From NCBI GenBank assembly GCA_023398815.1, contig JAEWRW010000049.1, forward strand, positions 23,983 to 87,982: 64,000 nucleotides of DNA, written 5' to 3'. The first letter of the stretch is position 1, and each line of letters opens with the position of its first letter. The notes under the pieces are model-generated. The model saw nothing but the letters and a program-made list of their open reading frames with translations, had not been told where the DNA came from and ran no database searches. Positions 10,801-18,933 of this stretch are shown piece after piece. The position numbers were made by a program, and so were the translations under genes. Source of the DNA: Bacillota bacterium. Lineage in GTDB: Bacteria; Bacillota; Clostridia; Christensenellales; UMGS416.

Positions 10801-11440
10801 TGAGTTTGGCAGCGGCTTCAAGATCGCCATGCGTGACCTGGAGATCCGCGGGGCGGGGAACCTCTTGGGCGACGAGCAGCACGGGCACCTCTCCACGGTG
10901 GGGTACGCACTCTATTGCCGGCTCATCGACGAGGCCGTGCGCCGCAGCAAGGGCGAGGACGTGGTGGAGGAGATCGAGGTGCGGGTGGACATTCGCGTGG
11001 ATGCCCACATCCCCGACGACTACATCGCCGACACCATGGGCCGGTTGGAAGTCTATCGGCGCATTGCCGAGATTGACGGCGACGAGCGCCGCCGCGATGT
11101 GCTCGATGAGTTGCTGGACCGCTATGGCGAACCGCCAGAGAGCGTGCTGCACCTAATGGATGTGGCACAGATCAAGGCCGCCGCCGCCCGCGCCCAGGTG
11201 GAGCACGTGCAGTGGAAGAACGGGCAGATCCTCCTGCGGTTTGTGGCTGGCGCGGTGCTGGACCCGTGCAAGCTTTTTGCCTATGTCAACGGGCGCAGCA
11301 ACGAGCTCTCCCTGGTGGCGGCCAAACAGACGACGCTGGTGCTGCGCCGCGCGCCCACCCGTTGGAAGGAACTCTATGCCGCCGTCATGGCCGTGCTGGG
11401 GGAAATCAACCTTTGCATTCCCAGTGTGAGTTCTGTATAA
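7880..11440 (+). CDS. mfd: transcription-repair coupling factor
   Basis: ATG at 7880, trimmed from the track start at 7829. CarD/TRCF RNAP-interaction motif DYIVHESHGIGVF. SF2 helicase motifs GDVGYGKTEVAMRAA and VVDEEQRFGV. About 1186 aa. Confidence 0.95.
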   Translation: MEKAIFTALYETGAWQRLEECIRGGQMPCSAFGLVETRRSHLAAALRLRGGRPVILVTHTDVRAARLAEDLSSLLGADCPVFPSRPAMIRKVAAASRDIGSRRLGVLAGALAGTVPIVVTTVEALAYPLAPPSAFVAGALTVRVGQQVRQKDMLAALTMAGYTREERAEGPGQFAVRGGIVDIFPQGAELPARLEFFGDEIDMIRLFDPWSQRSEGSVKELAIFPATEVPLDGAATERGATALHQAAEDTRKALRKLADKEGHKQAGYSVAEPPEERMANAAEESVANLLTGGTYEGIENHLPLYYERTALLWDFFADSLVVVEEPNRIGEALTNWQKEYAVEYRDALTAGEAYTLQEHLPLDWEGLAERLPRTGLVTLQDLTRDSGLKPKATVRFTGRDLPSYRAQIETLANDIRRWRAEHWRIVIFSGTEKRAQRLAETLMDLQVPAVAISQDRPVNPGEVVVLSTGLRQGFEDPENRFVLLGETEVFGSSRQKKKPVARSSRRTMDLFADLVVGDYIVHESHGIGVFRGVVKLTTEGQTRDYMDIEYRGGDKLYVPTEQMDRVEKYIGMESAAPKVSRLGGADWEHAKQKVRAKVAGMAEELIKLYAAREATKGHAYGTDDEWQAQFENAFPYEETPDQLRSIAEIKEDMESGRVMDRLLCGDVGYGKTEVAMRAAFKAVMGGKQVAVLVPTTVLAYQHFNTITERFADFDIHCEMLSRFRSAAEQKDILRRVSTGELDIVIGTHRLLSKDVKFKDLGLLVVDEEQRFGVTHKERIKQLKTAIDVLTMTATPIPRTLHMSMSGIRDISVIETPPEERQPVQTYVIEYHDDLIRDAILKELSRGGQVYYLYNRVDSMPMFARQLMSLVPEARVAVAHGQMADGELEKVMVDFYHAEYDILLSTTIIENGLDIPRVNTLIVYDADRFGLSQLYQLRGRVGRSNRQAYAYFTYRRDKVLTEVAEKRLNAIREFTEFGSGFKIAMRDLEIRGAGNLLGDEQHGHLSTVGYALYCRLIDEAVRRSKGEDVVEEIEVRVDIRVDAHIPDDYIADTMGRLEVYRRIAEIDGDERRRDVLDELLDRYGEPPESVLHLMDVAQIKAAAARAQVEHVQWKNGQILLRFVAGAVLDPCKLFAYVNGRSNELSLVAAKQTTLVLRRAPTRWKELYAAVMAVLGEINLCIPSVSSV

Positions 11441-11441
11441 T
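11413..11441 (+). promoter_or_regulatory. putative sigma-A promoter (TTGCAT-17-TATAAT) overlapping the mfd stop codon
   Basis: TTGCAT at 11413-11418, a 17-nt spacer, and TATAAT at 11436-11441. It lies directly upstream of the PPIase lipoprotein gene. Confidence 0.5.
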
Positions 11442-11479
11442 GTTTTTGTTATGTGCCAACCAATGAAAGGATGAAACCG

Positions 11480-12691
11480 ATGAAAAAGCTCCGCTTTTTG
11501 CCCATCCTGCTGGCAATGCTGACCGCCTTGTCTGGCTGCAGTTTTCTCGTTGTCAACGAGGAGCGCGACGGCGCCCAGATCGTGGCCAAGGTAAACGACG
11601 AGACGATCACGAAAAAAGAAGTGTATGATTACGTTGGCTACACTTGGGACGATGTAGTGGCGGCCGACGACAAGGCGACGCGCCAGTCCAACAAGGAACA
11701 GGCGCTTGAGGTGCTCATCAGCCGCAAGGTCATCCTGCAGAAGGCCAAGGAAGAGGGCTTCTACACCTTCTCTACCGATGAGAAGAAGGAGATTGAGGAC
11801 ACGGTGGCCAGCTACACCCAGTCGGTGTACGACGAGGCGCTGGCGAAGTACAAAAAAGAGGCCGAAACCGACAGCTCCATCGACCCGGAGAAGAAGGCAC
11901 AGGAAGATGTGGATGCCTACCTGAAGAACCTGGGCTACACCAAGGACGACCTGGTGAAGCAGGAAGAGGACGGCAAGGCCTACACCAAGCTGGAAGCCAG
12001 CATCACCGACACGGTGGAAGTGGCCGATGCCGATGTGCAGAGCGCCTACGACACCGAGCTTTCGTCGCAGCAGACGTCCTATGACGCCACGCCGACCCAG
12101 CTCATCAGCGATGACCTGGACGGCAAGACGATCCTCTATTACCCCAACGCCGACTTCGTGCGGGTGCGGCAGATCCTCATTAAGCTCCCTGACGACACCG
12201 TGTCGGAGATCCAGCAGTACCGCACCGATGGCAACGACACCGAAGCAGACTCCCTGCGTGACAGCGCCCTTAAGGACATTGCCGCCAAGGCCAACGAGGC
12301 GCTGACCAAGGCCAAAGCTACCGGCGCGGACCTGGAAGCCCTGATCACCGAGTATGGCGAAGACCCCGGTATGGAGAGCCGTACCAACGGCTACCCGGTT
12401 ACCAAGGACTACACCGGCTATGTGGAGGGCTTCACCGAGGGGGCGATGGCGCTGACCGAAGTTGGCAAGCCCTCCGATCTGATCGTGACCGACTACGGTT
12501 ACCACATCCTGTGGCTGACAGAGAAACCCGCCAAGGGCGCCGTTGCCTACGACTCGGTGAAGGATGCGCTCAAGGAGAACACCCTGAGCACCAAGAAGGA
12601 TGAGACCTGGTCCACCACCGTCACCGGGTGGATCACCGATCTGGAGGATTCCGGCAAGCTCGTGCGGTACACCAACCGCCTTGCCGACTGA
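11480..12691 (+). CDS. peptidyl-prolyl cis-trans isomerase lipoprotein (PrsA/SurA-like parvulin)
   Basis: Signal peptide with lipobox LLAMLTALSGC. Parvulin domain (...VRVRQILIK...GYHILWL). Start is ATG 11480, 9 nt after AAAGGA, or alternatively ATG 11471. Confidence 0.85.
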   Translation: MKKLRFLPILLAMLTALSGCSFLVVNEERDGAQIVAKVNDETITKKEVYDYVGYTWDDVVAADDKATRQSNKEQALEVLISRKVILQKAKEEGFYTFSTDEKKEIEDTVASYTQSVYDEALAKYKKEAETDSSIDPEKKAQEDVDAYLKNLGYTKDDLVKQEEDGKAYTKLEASITDTVEVADADVQSAYDTELSSQQTSYDATPTQLISDDLDGKTILYYPNADFVRVRQILIKLPDDTVSEIQQYRTDGNDTEADSLRDSALKDIAAKANEALTKAKATGADLEALITEYGEDPGMESRTNGYPVTKDYTGYVEGFTEGAMALTEVGKPSDLIVTDYGYHILWLTEKPAKGAVAYDSVKDALKENTLSTKKDETWSTTVTGWITDLEDSGKLVRYTNRLAD

Positions 12692-12704
12692 GAAAGACTG
12701 CCAA

Positions 12705-12737
12705 CTGAAGGAGCCGCCTATGAGGCGGCTCCTTCAG
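12705..12737 (+). terminator. intrinsic terminator after the PPIase gene
   Basis: Perfect 15-bp stem ctgaaggagccgcct / aggcggctccttcag with a 3-nt loop, followed by tgtgtt (weak U-tract). Confidence 0.6.
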
Positions 12738-12775
12738 TGTGTTAAGAAACCATGAGAACGAGTGCTTGGTGAGAA

Positions 12776-12802
12776 CCTCCCGCCGATTCATTCGGCGGGA
12801 GG
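12776..12802. other. perfect 11-bp GC-rich hairpin in a non-coding gap
   Basis: cctcccgccga / tcggcgggagg with loop ttcat. No clear U-tract on either strand. Confidence 0.4.
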
Positions 12803-13040
12803 AAAGGAAAGGCTAGTACGAGCAGAAGAGAAGAACCGCCAGCCAGCGCAACGTATCCTTAGAAATCCGTATGAGAGCTACAATTTGTGATCGGTCGGTG
12901 ACATGTGCGGCGACCGATTTGGCACTTGCGGGAACAAGTTCTCTGAATCGTGGACGTCGCAACAGCGGCCAGGTTGCATGGGCGAGCAGTGCCGGAACGG
13001 CACGACCAGCCGGACACGACAGTACCCGCGATGGCTTCGC

Positions 13041-13069
13041 TTTACACTGCAGGTTCGTTCGGGTATACT
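13041..13069 (+). promoter_or_regulatory. putative sigma-A promoter for ygiQ (TTTACA-17-TATACT)
   Basis: TTTACA at 13041-13046, a 17-nt spacer, and TATACT at 13064-13069. It lies about 20 nt upstream of the GGAGGA RBS. Confidence 0.55.
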
Positions 13070-13099
13070 CCAAAGGATATCAACCATGGAGGAATTGCT

Positions 13100-15190
13100 T
13101 TGCCCTTTTTGCCAGTGACAAAGGAAGAGATGGACGCCCTGGGGTGGGATCGCCCTGATTTTGTGTTTGCCTTTGGGGATGCCTACGTTGACCACCCCAG
13201 CTTCGGCCCGGCCATCGTCTCCCGTGTGTTGGAGGCGAAGGGGTTCCGCGTGGCCATGCTGCCCCAGCCCAACTTTCGTTCCAAGGCCGACTTTCAGCGC
13301 TTTGGGCGGCCCCGCCTGGGCTTCCTGGTGGCGGCGGGCAATATGGACTCCATGGTCAACCACTATACCGCCGGCCGCAAGCGCCGCAGCCAGGATGCCT
13401 ACTCCCCCGGGGGACAGGCCGGCCTGCGGCCCGACCGGGCGACGATCGTCTACTGCAACCGCATCCGCGAGGCTTACGCCAACATGCCCATCGTGGTGGG
13501 CGGGGTGGAGGCCAGCCTGCGGCGCTTTGCCCATTATGACTATTGGGACGACGCGGTGCGCCGCTCGGTGCAGACCGACGCCGGTGCGGACCTGCTGGTC
13601 TACGGCATGGGGGAGGTTGCCATTGCCGAGATTGCCAAGCTTCTGGAGCGTGGGGTACCGGTGGGCAACCTGCGGGCCATCGCCGGCACCTGCTGCCTGG
13701 TGGATGGCCCCGAGGACGCCCCCGACGCGCTGGTGCTGCCATCCTTTGAGGAAGTGAAGGCTGACGGCATGGCTTTTGCCAAAGCCTTCCAGACCGAGCT
13801 GATGGAGCAGGATGCTGTGCGCGGGCATCGGTTGCTGCAACAGCAGGACAGGCGCTGTGTGCTGCAGAACCCGCCGGCCAAGCCCCTGAACCAAGCTGAG
13901 CTGGACGCCGTCTACGAGCTGCCCTACATGCGCCGGCCCCACCCCATGTACGACGTCCAGGGTGGCGTGCCCGCCATTGCGGAGGTTGAGTTTTCCCTCG
14001 TTTCCTCCCGCGGGTGCTTCGGAGGCTGTTCGTTCTGTGCGCTGGCCTTCCATCAGGGGCGGGTGGTGCAGGCCCGCAGCCACGAATCGCTGCTGCGGGA
14101 GGCCAAACTGCTGACGACGCTGCCCGGCTTCAAGGGCTACATCCACGATGTGGGCGGGCCGACGGCCAACTTCCGCGGGGCGGCCTGCGACCGGCAGGGG
14201 GAGCACGGTGCCTGTGCCCACCGGCAGTGCCTGTTCCCACAGCCCTGCCACCACCTGAAGGCCGACCACAGCGACTACATCGCGTTGCTACGTGCCCTGC
14301 GAGCGCTGCCGGGCGTCAAGAAGGTGTTCATCCGCTCGGGTATCCGCTTTGATTACCTGCTGGCCGACCCACATGGCTCGGCCTTCCTGAAGGAACTGTG
14401 CCAGCATCACGTCAGCGGGCAGCTGAAGGTGGCCCCCGAACACGTGGCGCCTTCTGTGTTGGCAGCCATGGGCAAGCCCCCGGCTGAGCGGTACCTGGAG
14501 TTTACACGGCGTTACAAGGCCATGAACGAGCGGCTGGGGCAGGAGCAATACCTCGTGCCGTACTTCGTGTCATCTCACCCCGGCAGCGACCTCAAGGCTG
14601 CCATTGAGCTGGCCGAAGCCATGCGGGACATGGGTATCCGCCCCGAGCAGGTGCAGGACTTCTACCCCACGCCGGGCACAGTATCCACCTGCATGTACCA
14701 CACGGGCATCGACCCACGCACCCTGCGGCCCATCCACGTGCCGGAGGGGGAAGAACGGCGCATGCAGCGGGCACTGTTGCAGTACACCCGGCGGGAGAAT
14801 CACGCCATGGTGCGCAAAGCCCTGCTGCAGGCCGGGCGGCCCGATCTCATCGGCCACGGCCCCAAATGCCTGGTGCCGCCGGAGCGCAACGCCCCCGTCA
14901 GCGCGGAGGCACCCACGGCCAAGCAGGGGAAGGCACCCGGCGCACGTGCCGCCGCACCCAAGGTAACAGGCAAAAAGGCAGGGAGTGGGGCGGGCGCAAA
15001 ACGCGGCGCGGCACAGCGGCCCGGCAAACAGGCAAAAGGCGAGAAGCCTGTCCGGCAAGGTGGCCGCTCAGCAACGGGCAAAGACCCGGCGGCCAAACCA
15101 GCGACGCGCCGAACGGGTGCAACGGCTAAGGCGGGCACCAAGCAGGGTAGCGCGAAAGGGAGCAGCCCACCGCGCCAAACGGGTCGTTGA
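13100..15190 (+). CDS. ygiQ: YgiQ-family (UPF0313) radical SAM protein with a basic low-complexity C-terminal tail
   Basis: Radical-SAM cluster motif GCFGGCSFC. N-terminus FLPVTKEEMDALGWDRPDFV...GDAYVDHPSFG matches the YgiQ pattern. There is no in-frame ATG near the conserved N-terminus. I therefore propose TTG at 13100, with GGAGGA at 13088-13093 and a 6-nt spacer. The upstream 50 codons of the track ORF are rejected. Confidence 0.85.
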   Translation: MPFLPVTKEEMDALGWDRPDFVFAFGDAYVDHPSFGPAIVSRVLEAKGFRVAMLPQPNFRSKADFQRFGRPRLGFLVAAGNMDSMVNHYTAGRKRRSQDAYSPGGQAGLRPDRATIVYCNRIREAYANMPIVVGGVEASLRRFAHYDYWDDAVRRSVQTDAGADLLVYGMGEVAIAEIAKLLERGVPVGNLRAIAGTCCLVDGPEDAPDALVLPSFEEVKADGMAFAKAFQTELMEQDAVRGHRLLQQQDRRCVLQNPPAKPLNQAELDAVYELPYMRRPHPMYDVQGGVPAIAEVEFSLVSSRGCFGGCSFCALAFHQGRVVQARSHESLLREAKLLTTLPGFKGYIHDVGGPTANFRGAACDRQGEHGACAHRQCLFPQPCHHLKADHSDYIALLRALRALPGVKKVFIRSGIRFDYLLADPHGSAFLKELCQHHVSGQLKVAPEHVAPSVLAAMGKPPAERYLEFTRRYKAMNERLGQEQYLVPYFVSSHPGSDLKAAIELAEAMRDMGIRPEQVQDFYPTPGTVSTCMYHTGIDPRTLRPIHVPEGEERRMQRALLQYTRRENHAMVRKALLQAGRPDLIGHGPKCLVPPERNAPVSAEAPTAKQGKAPGARAAAPKVTGKKAGSGAGAKRGAAQRPGKQAKGEKPVRQGGRSATGKDPAAKPATRRTGATAKAGTKQGSAKGSSPPRQTGR

Positions 15191-15265
15191 CCGCCCCGGT
15201 GCATGGCGCAATGGGGCGTGGTGATGTATAATGAAACCACGCAGACAACAATATGAGGTGAGAGT

Positions 15266-16069
15266 ATGAATTGGTTGCAGGCCTTGGTGCTGGGCGCCAT
15301 ACAGGGGTTGACTGAGTTTCTGCCGGTGTCCAGCTCCGGTCATCTGGTTCTCTTTCAAGCCGCGATGGACGTGAAGGGCAATGTGCTGCTCTTCGACACG
15401 GCGCTGCATCTGGGCACGCTCATTGCCGTGTGCATCGTGCTTTGGAAGGACATCGTCGCCATTCTAAAGCGGCCCATCCAGCCGCTGACCGGGTACCTCA
15501 TCCTGGCCACCATACCGGCGGTCGCCGCCACACTCCTGTTTGGTGATTTCTTTGAGGAATCCTTTGCCAGCACCGACGGTGTGCCGCTGGCGGTGGGGTT
15601 CCTGGTCACGTCGCTGCTCATGTTCCTCACGCCCATCCTGCGGGAGGGATCGGTACCCATGGAGCGCACCGGCGTTGGTCGCTCGCTCCTGGTGGGCGTG
15701 GCGCAGGCCGTTGCCATTCTGCCATCGGTGTCCCGGTCGGGCAGCACCATCTTTGGCAGCCTTCTCACCGGCATGACGCGGGAGGACGCCACACGCTTTT
15801 CGTTCCTCATGAGCATCCCTGCCATCCTTGGCAGCCTGGTGTTCCAGGCCAAGGACGTCGTTGACATTGGCCTGACCACGGCGCTGGCGGGCATCGGTAT
15901 GGGGCCGCTGGTGCTGGGCATCGTGGCAGCCACGCTGACCGGTTGGCTGGCGGTCAAGCTGGTATTTGACGCGGTGAAGCGGGGCAAGCTGTGGATGTTT
16001 GGCGTTTACACGACGGCGCTCGCCGTTCTCATTCTGCTCGATACCTTTGTGACGCACATTGTATTCTAA
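15266..16069 (+). CDS. uppP: undecaprenyl-diphosphate phosphatase
   Basis: GLTEFLPVSSSGHLVL motif. Polytopic membrane protein of 267 aa. Confidence 0.95.
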   Translation: MNWLQALVLGAIQGLTEFLPVSSSGHLVLFQAAMDVKGNVLLFDTALHLGTLIAVCIVLWKDIVAILKRPIQPLTGYLILATIPAVAATLLFGDFFEESFASTDGVPLAVGFLVTSLLMFLTPILREGSVPMERTGVGRSLLVGVAQAVAILPSVSRSGSTIFGSLLTGMTREDATRFSFLMSIPAILGSLVFQAKDVVDIGLTTALAGIGMGPLVLGIVAATLTGWLAVKLVFDAVKRGKLWMFGVYTTALAVLILLDTFVTHIVF

Positions 16070-16095
16070 ACGGCCATGGACGGGGGGCGAAGGGC

Positions 16096-16770
16096 GTGGC
16101 AATTAAGGCGCTGCTGATGGATTTTTACGGCACCATGGTGCGGGAGAATGACGGGCTCATCCGTGACATTGCCCGCCGCGTGTGCGAGACGTCGCCCCAG
16201 GTCATCTCACCCGGAGATGTGGCCCACTACTGGTGGGAGATTACCCACAGCCGCTTTCTGGCCCACAACGGCGAGGCCTTCAAGCCCATGGTGGAGCTGG
16301 AGGAGCTTGCACTGTTGGAGTTGGCTGGTCGGTTTGAGTCTCGCTTCCACGTACAGGACGCGCTCGATGAAATCGTGCTCTCCTGGCAGCGGCCGGAGGT
16401 CTACTCCGACGTGCGGCATCTCTTGAGCCGGATGCCGTTGCAGGTGTGCATCGTGGCAAACGGCGACCGGGAGCACATCCTGAACGCGGTGAAGTTTGCC
16501 CAGCTGGAGGTACAAGCTGTCGTCACCAGCGAGGACGCCCGCAGCTACAAGCCCGACGAAGGGATCTTCCGCCACGCGGTAAACGTTATGGGCATAAAGC
16601 CCACCGAGGCGCTCTTTGTGGGCGACTCCATCTCCTACGACATGGTGCCGGCGCAGAAGGCGGGGCTCTTCACCGCCTGGGTGAACCGCCTGGGGCGGCC
16701 CATTGGCGGCCGCTGCATGCCGGACGTGACCTGTGACAACCTGCAGCAGCTGCGCCGAATGATACGATAA
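16096..16770 (+). CDS. HAD-family hydrolase (haloacid dehalogenase-like)
   Basis: Motif I is LLMDFYGTMV, with a late VGDSISYD motif. GTG at 16096 is proposed as the start because the track start at 15991 overlaps uppP. The start is uncertain. Confidence 0.75.
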   Translation: MAIKALLMDFYGTMVRENDGLIRDIARRVCETSPQVISPGDVAHYWWEITHSRFLAHNGEAFKPMVELEELALLELAGRFESRFHVQDALDEIVLSWQRPEVYSDVRHLLSRMPLQVCIVANGDREHILNAVKFAQLEVQAVVTSEDARSYKPDEGIFRHAVNVMGIKPTEALFVGDSISYDMVPAQKAGLFTAWVNRLGRPIGGRCMPDVTCDNLQQLRRMIR

Positions 16771-16847
16771 CGCCAAAGCGGCGAATGCCTGTTCTTTTGG
16801 GCCGGGGTATGGTATACTGATGGCCGACTCTTCTTGGGGAGAATGCA

Positions 16848-17066
16848 ATGGATAAACGGTTTGGCCTGGGCGACCGGGTGATGATGAAAAAGGAACACCC
16901 CTGCGGGTCCGCCACTTGGGTGGTTATTCGCATTGGGGCGGACATCAAGATCAAGTGCGAGGGCTGCGGTCGCATCGTGATGCTGGATCGCGCCACGTTT
17001 GAGAAGCGCCTGAAGAAGGTGGTTGACAGCAATGCCCCGACAGCCGCCGCCGACGGGGAAGGCTGA
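16848..17066 (+). CDS. DUF951-family small protein
   Basis: 72 aa. GDRVMMKKEHPCGS..W.V.RIGADIKIKCEGCGRIVMLDRATFEKRLKK matches the DUF951 pattern. TGgTATACT extended -10 at 16810-16818. Confidence 0.8.
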   Translation: MDKRFGLGDRVMMKKEHPCGSATWVVIRIGADIKIKCEGCGRIVMLDRATFEKRLKKVVDSNAPTAAADGEG

Positions 17067-17104
17067 GTGTGCGCATCGCCAGAATCTGATTGATAGAGGA
17101 ACGT

Positions 17105-17671
17105 ATGTTGAACAACCGAACGGAACCCAAAAAATCCGCATTGCGGGAAACAGTGGAATGGATTATCACGCTGGCGGTGGCTGTGGGGCTGGCGCTGGCC
17201 ATCCACCGTTGGGTGGGGCAGCTCGTCATTGTGGAGGGCGAGAGCATGGAGCCCACGCTCCACAACGAGGAGCGGGTGCTGCTGGGCAAGGTGGAGTACC
17301 GCAGCACTACCCCCAAGCGCGGAGATATCGTTGTCGTCAAGTACCCTGGGGTCAAGGAGGACATCATTAAACGAGTGGTTGCCGTGGCGGGGGAGACGAT
17401 CACCGTGCACGACGGCAATGTCTACATTGATGGCACCCGGCTGGACGAGCCCTACATCATGGAGCCCATTGAGGACGAGACCGAGGCCACCAAGGTGCCG
17501 GAAGGCACGATCTTCGTGATGGGCGACAACCGTAACAACAGCATGGACAGCCGCTCGGGGAGCGTCGGCCCCATCGCCCTAGATCAAGTGCTGGGCCGGG
17601 CCTATGTGGTGGTGTGGCCGGTGGGGAACTGGGAGAAGCTGACCGGATACACCGGTGGGCTGGTGGGCTAA
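17105..17671 (+). CDS. lepB: signal peptidase I
   Basis: ATG at 17105, 4 nt after AGAGGA. Catalytic Ser motif GESMEPTL, Lys motif IKRVVAVAGE, and GDNRNNSMDSR. Confidence 0.9.
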   Translation: MLNNRTEPKKSALRETVEWIITLAVAVGLALAIHRWVGQLVIVEGESMEPTLHNEERVLLGKVEYRSTTPKRGDIVVVKYPGVKEDIIKRVVAVAGETITVHDGNVYIDGTRLDEPYIMEPIEDETEATKVPEGTIFVMGDNRNNSMDSRSGSVGPIALDQVLGRAYVVVWPVGNWEKLTGYTGGLVG

Positions 17672-18255
17672 GCGCCCGAAAGCTGCCCCTTTGCAAGCGA
17701 ATAGGAATCCCGGCAGAAGCGCGCCAGCGCAGCCGGGTCGCCCAGCGGGCCACGCAGGATCCGCTGGGTTTCTTTGTATGCCAGGTCAAAATCGGCGTGG
17801 GAGATGAGCCGCTCATCCAGCGCCTGCTCCAGCTCGTCCTCGTCCAGCAGCTCGGGCTCACCGCCCGGCGTGGCAATGACGTCCAGATACAGGTCGTCAA
17901 AGTACACCCGGCCTTCGGGTGTCTGGCCCACTTCCTTCACCACGTCGAAGTACCACTGCACCAGGTTGCCCTCGGGGTCGAAGGCCGTCGTCAGGCAGTG
18001 GTGGCCGCGCCGGGGCAGGTGCTGCAGCCATAGGTAGCCGCACTCTGCAAGCGTCAGGTTCTGGCCATCCACCCGCACGACGAGCGGATGGCTGACCTCC
18101 TCAATGGCTACGGCGGCCAGCCAGCCGTCAAAGGCAGAGAGCCCCGCGGTGGGGTCGACCCCCACCGAGATGCCGTCGCCTGACATCGGCGCAATGACAA
18201 AGCGCCGACGGAGCACGCGGGCCCAATCGGCACGGTCGGCGTACTTGCGTTTCAT
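17668..18255 (-). CDS. DUF402-domain protein (nucleoside di/triphosphatase-like)
   Basis: WYFDVV...VYFDDLYLDV pattern of DUF402. ATGA overlap with the upstream HD gene. Its 3' end overlaps the lepB 3' end by 4 nt. Confidence 0.75.
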   Translation of the reverse strand: MKRKYADRADWARVLRRRFVIAPMSGDGISVGVDPTAGLSAFDGWLAAVAIEEVSHPLVVRVDGQNLTLAECGYLWLQHLPRRGHHCLTTAFDPEGNLVQWYFDVVKEVGQTPEGRVYFDDLYLDVIATPGGEPELLDEDELEQALDERLISHADFDLAYKETQRILRGPLGDPAALARFCRDSYSLAKGQLSGA

Positions 18256-18770
18256 GTGTCCTCCCGTGCTTCCGCGGGCGGGTTGACCGGCGGAAAAAGG
18301 TGGTCAAACATCGCCTGCGCGCCGGTGGTTTTGATGTACTTGTGTCGGATGGGTGCCAGCGCCGCAGGCTCAAACTCGCCCTCCTCGCAGTTGACGAGGA
18401 AGTCGGCCTCCACCAACATTTGAAAGTCGTCGCCGTCGATTGCGCCGTAGCTGTGGTGGTGGCCCACCAGGAAGGCAACCCGCTCCACCGCAGCAGGCGG
18501 CGCACCCAGGGCCGTGAGGAACGCACGGGCAAGGGGTTCGCCCTCCCGTTCCTGCAGGGGGCCGGCAGCCGAACCGTGCTTCTCCAGCGCCGGGCGGATG
18601 CCCACGTCATGGTAGATGGCCGCCAGCTCCAGCACTCGCTGCCGCTCCTCCTCCAGCCCTGCCAACAGCCCCAGCATGCGGGCATAGCCATACACCTTGA
18701 CGGAGTGGGCGATGCGCCGGGCGTTTCCATCGTTGTGGGCGATCATCTGCAGCATGGCTTGTTCGGTCAT
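18252..18770 (-). CDS. HD-domain metal-dependent phosphohydrolase
   Basis: Trimmed to ATG at comp(18768-18770), preceded by AGGAGG. Contains HSVKVYGYA...IYHDVG (H...HD). Confidence 0.8.
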   Translation of the reverse strand: MTEQAMLQMIAHNDGNARRIAHSVKVYGYARMLGLLAGLEEERQRVLELAAIYHDVGIRPALEKHGSAAGPLQEREGEPLARAFLTALGAPPAAVERVAFLVGHHHSYGAIDGDDFQMLVEADFLVNCEEGEFEPAALAPIRHKYIKTTGAQAMFDHLFPPVNPPAEAREDT

Positions 18771-18797
18771 GGCGTCCTCCTGAAGAGAATTGTCGTT

Positions 18798-18826
18798 AGT
18801 ATACGCCAATCTTTGACAATTGAAAA
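18798..18826 (-). promoter_or_regulatory. putative sigma-A promoter for the HD/DUF402 pair (TTTTCA-17-TATACT on the minus strand)
   Basis: The minus strand reads TTTTCA (comp 18821-18826), a 17-nt spacer, then TATACT (comp 18798-18803). Confidence 0.45.
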
Positions 18827-18881
18827 GCAGGGGACGCGGTAGCGCTTGCCTCTTCGTCTCGTGAATCAAGTGACAGGGCAC

Positions 18882-18908
18882 AAAAAGCCGCCCGGCGAGC
18901 CGGGCGGC
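18882..18908 (-). terminator. intrinsic terminator after potD
   Basis: The minus strand reads gccgcccgg-ctcg-ccgggcggc followed by ttttt. Confidence 0.8.
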
Positions 18909-18933
18909 GGAAGCGACAGGTTTGGGTGTTGAA

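Noticed and set aside
12813-13158. Small ORFs at 12813-13073 (-) and 12871-13158 (+), and the 50-codon N-terminal extension of ygiQ from 12950.
   Set aside because: They have no RBS and contain or overlap the predicted ygiQ promoter. Their sequences are Arg/Ala-rich with no family resemblance.
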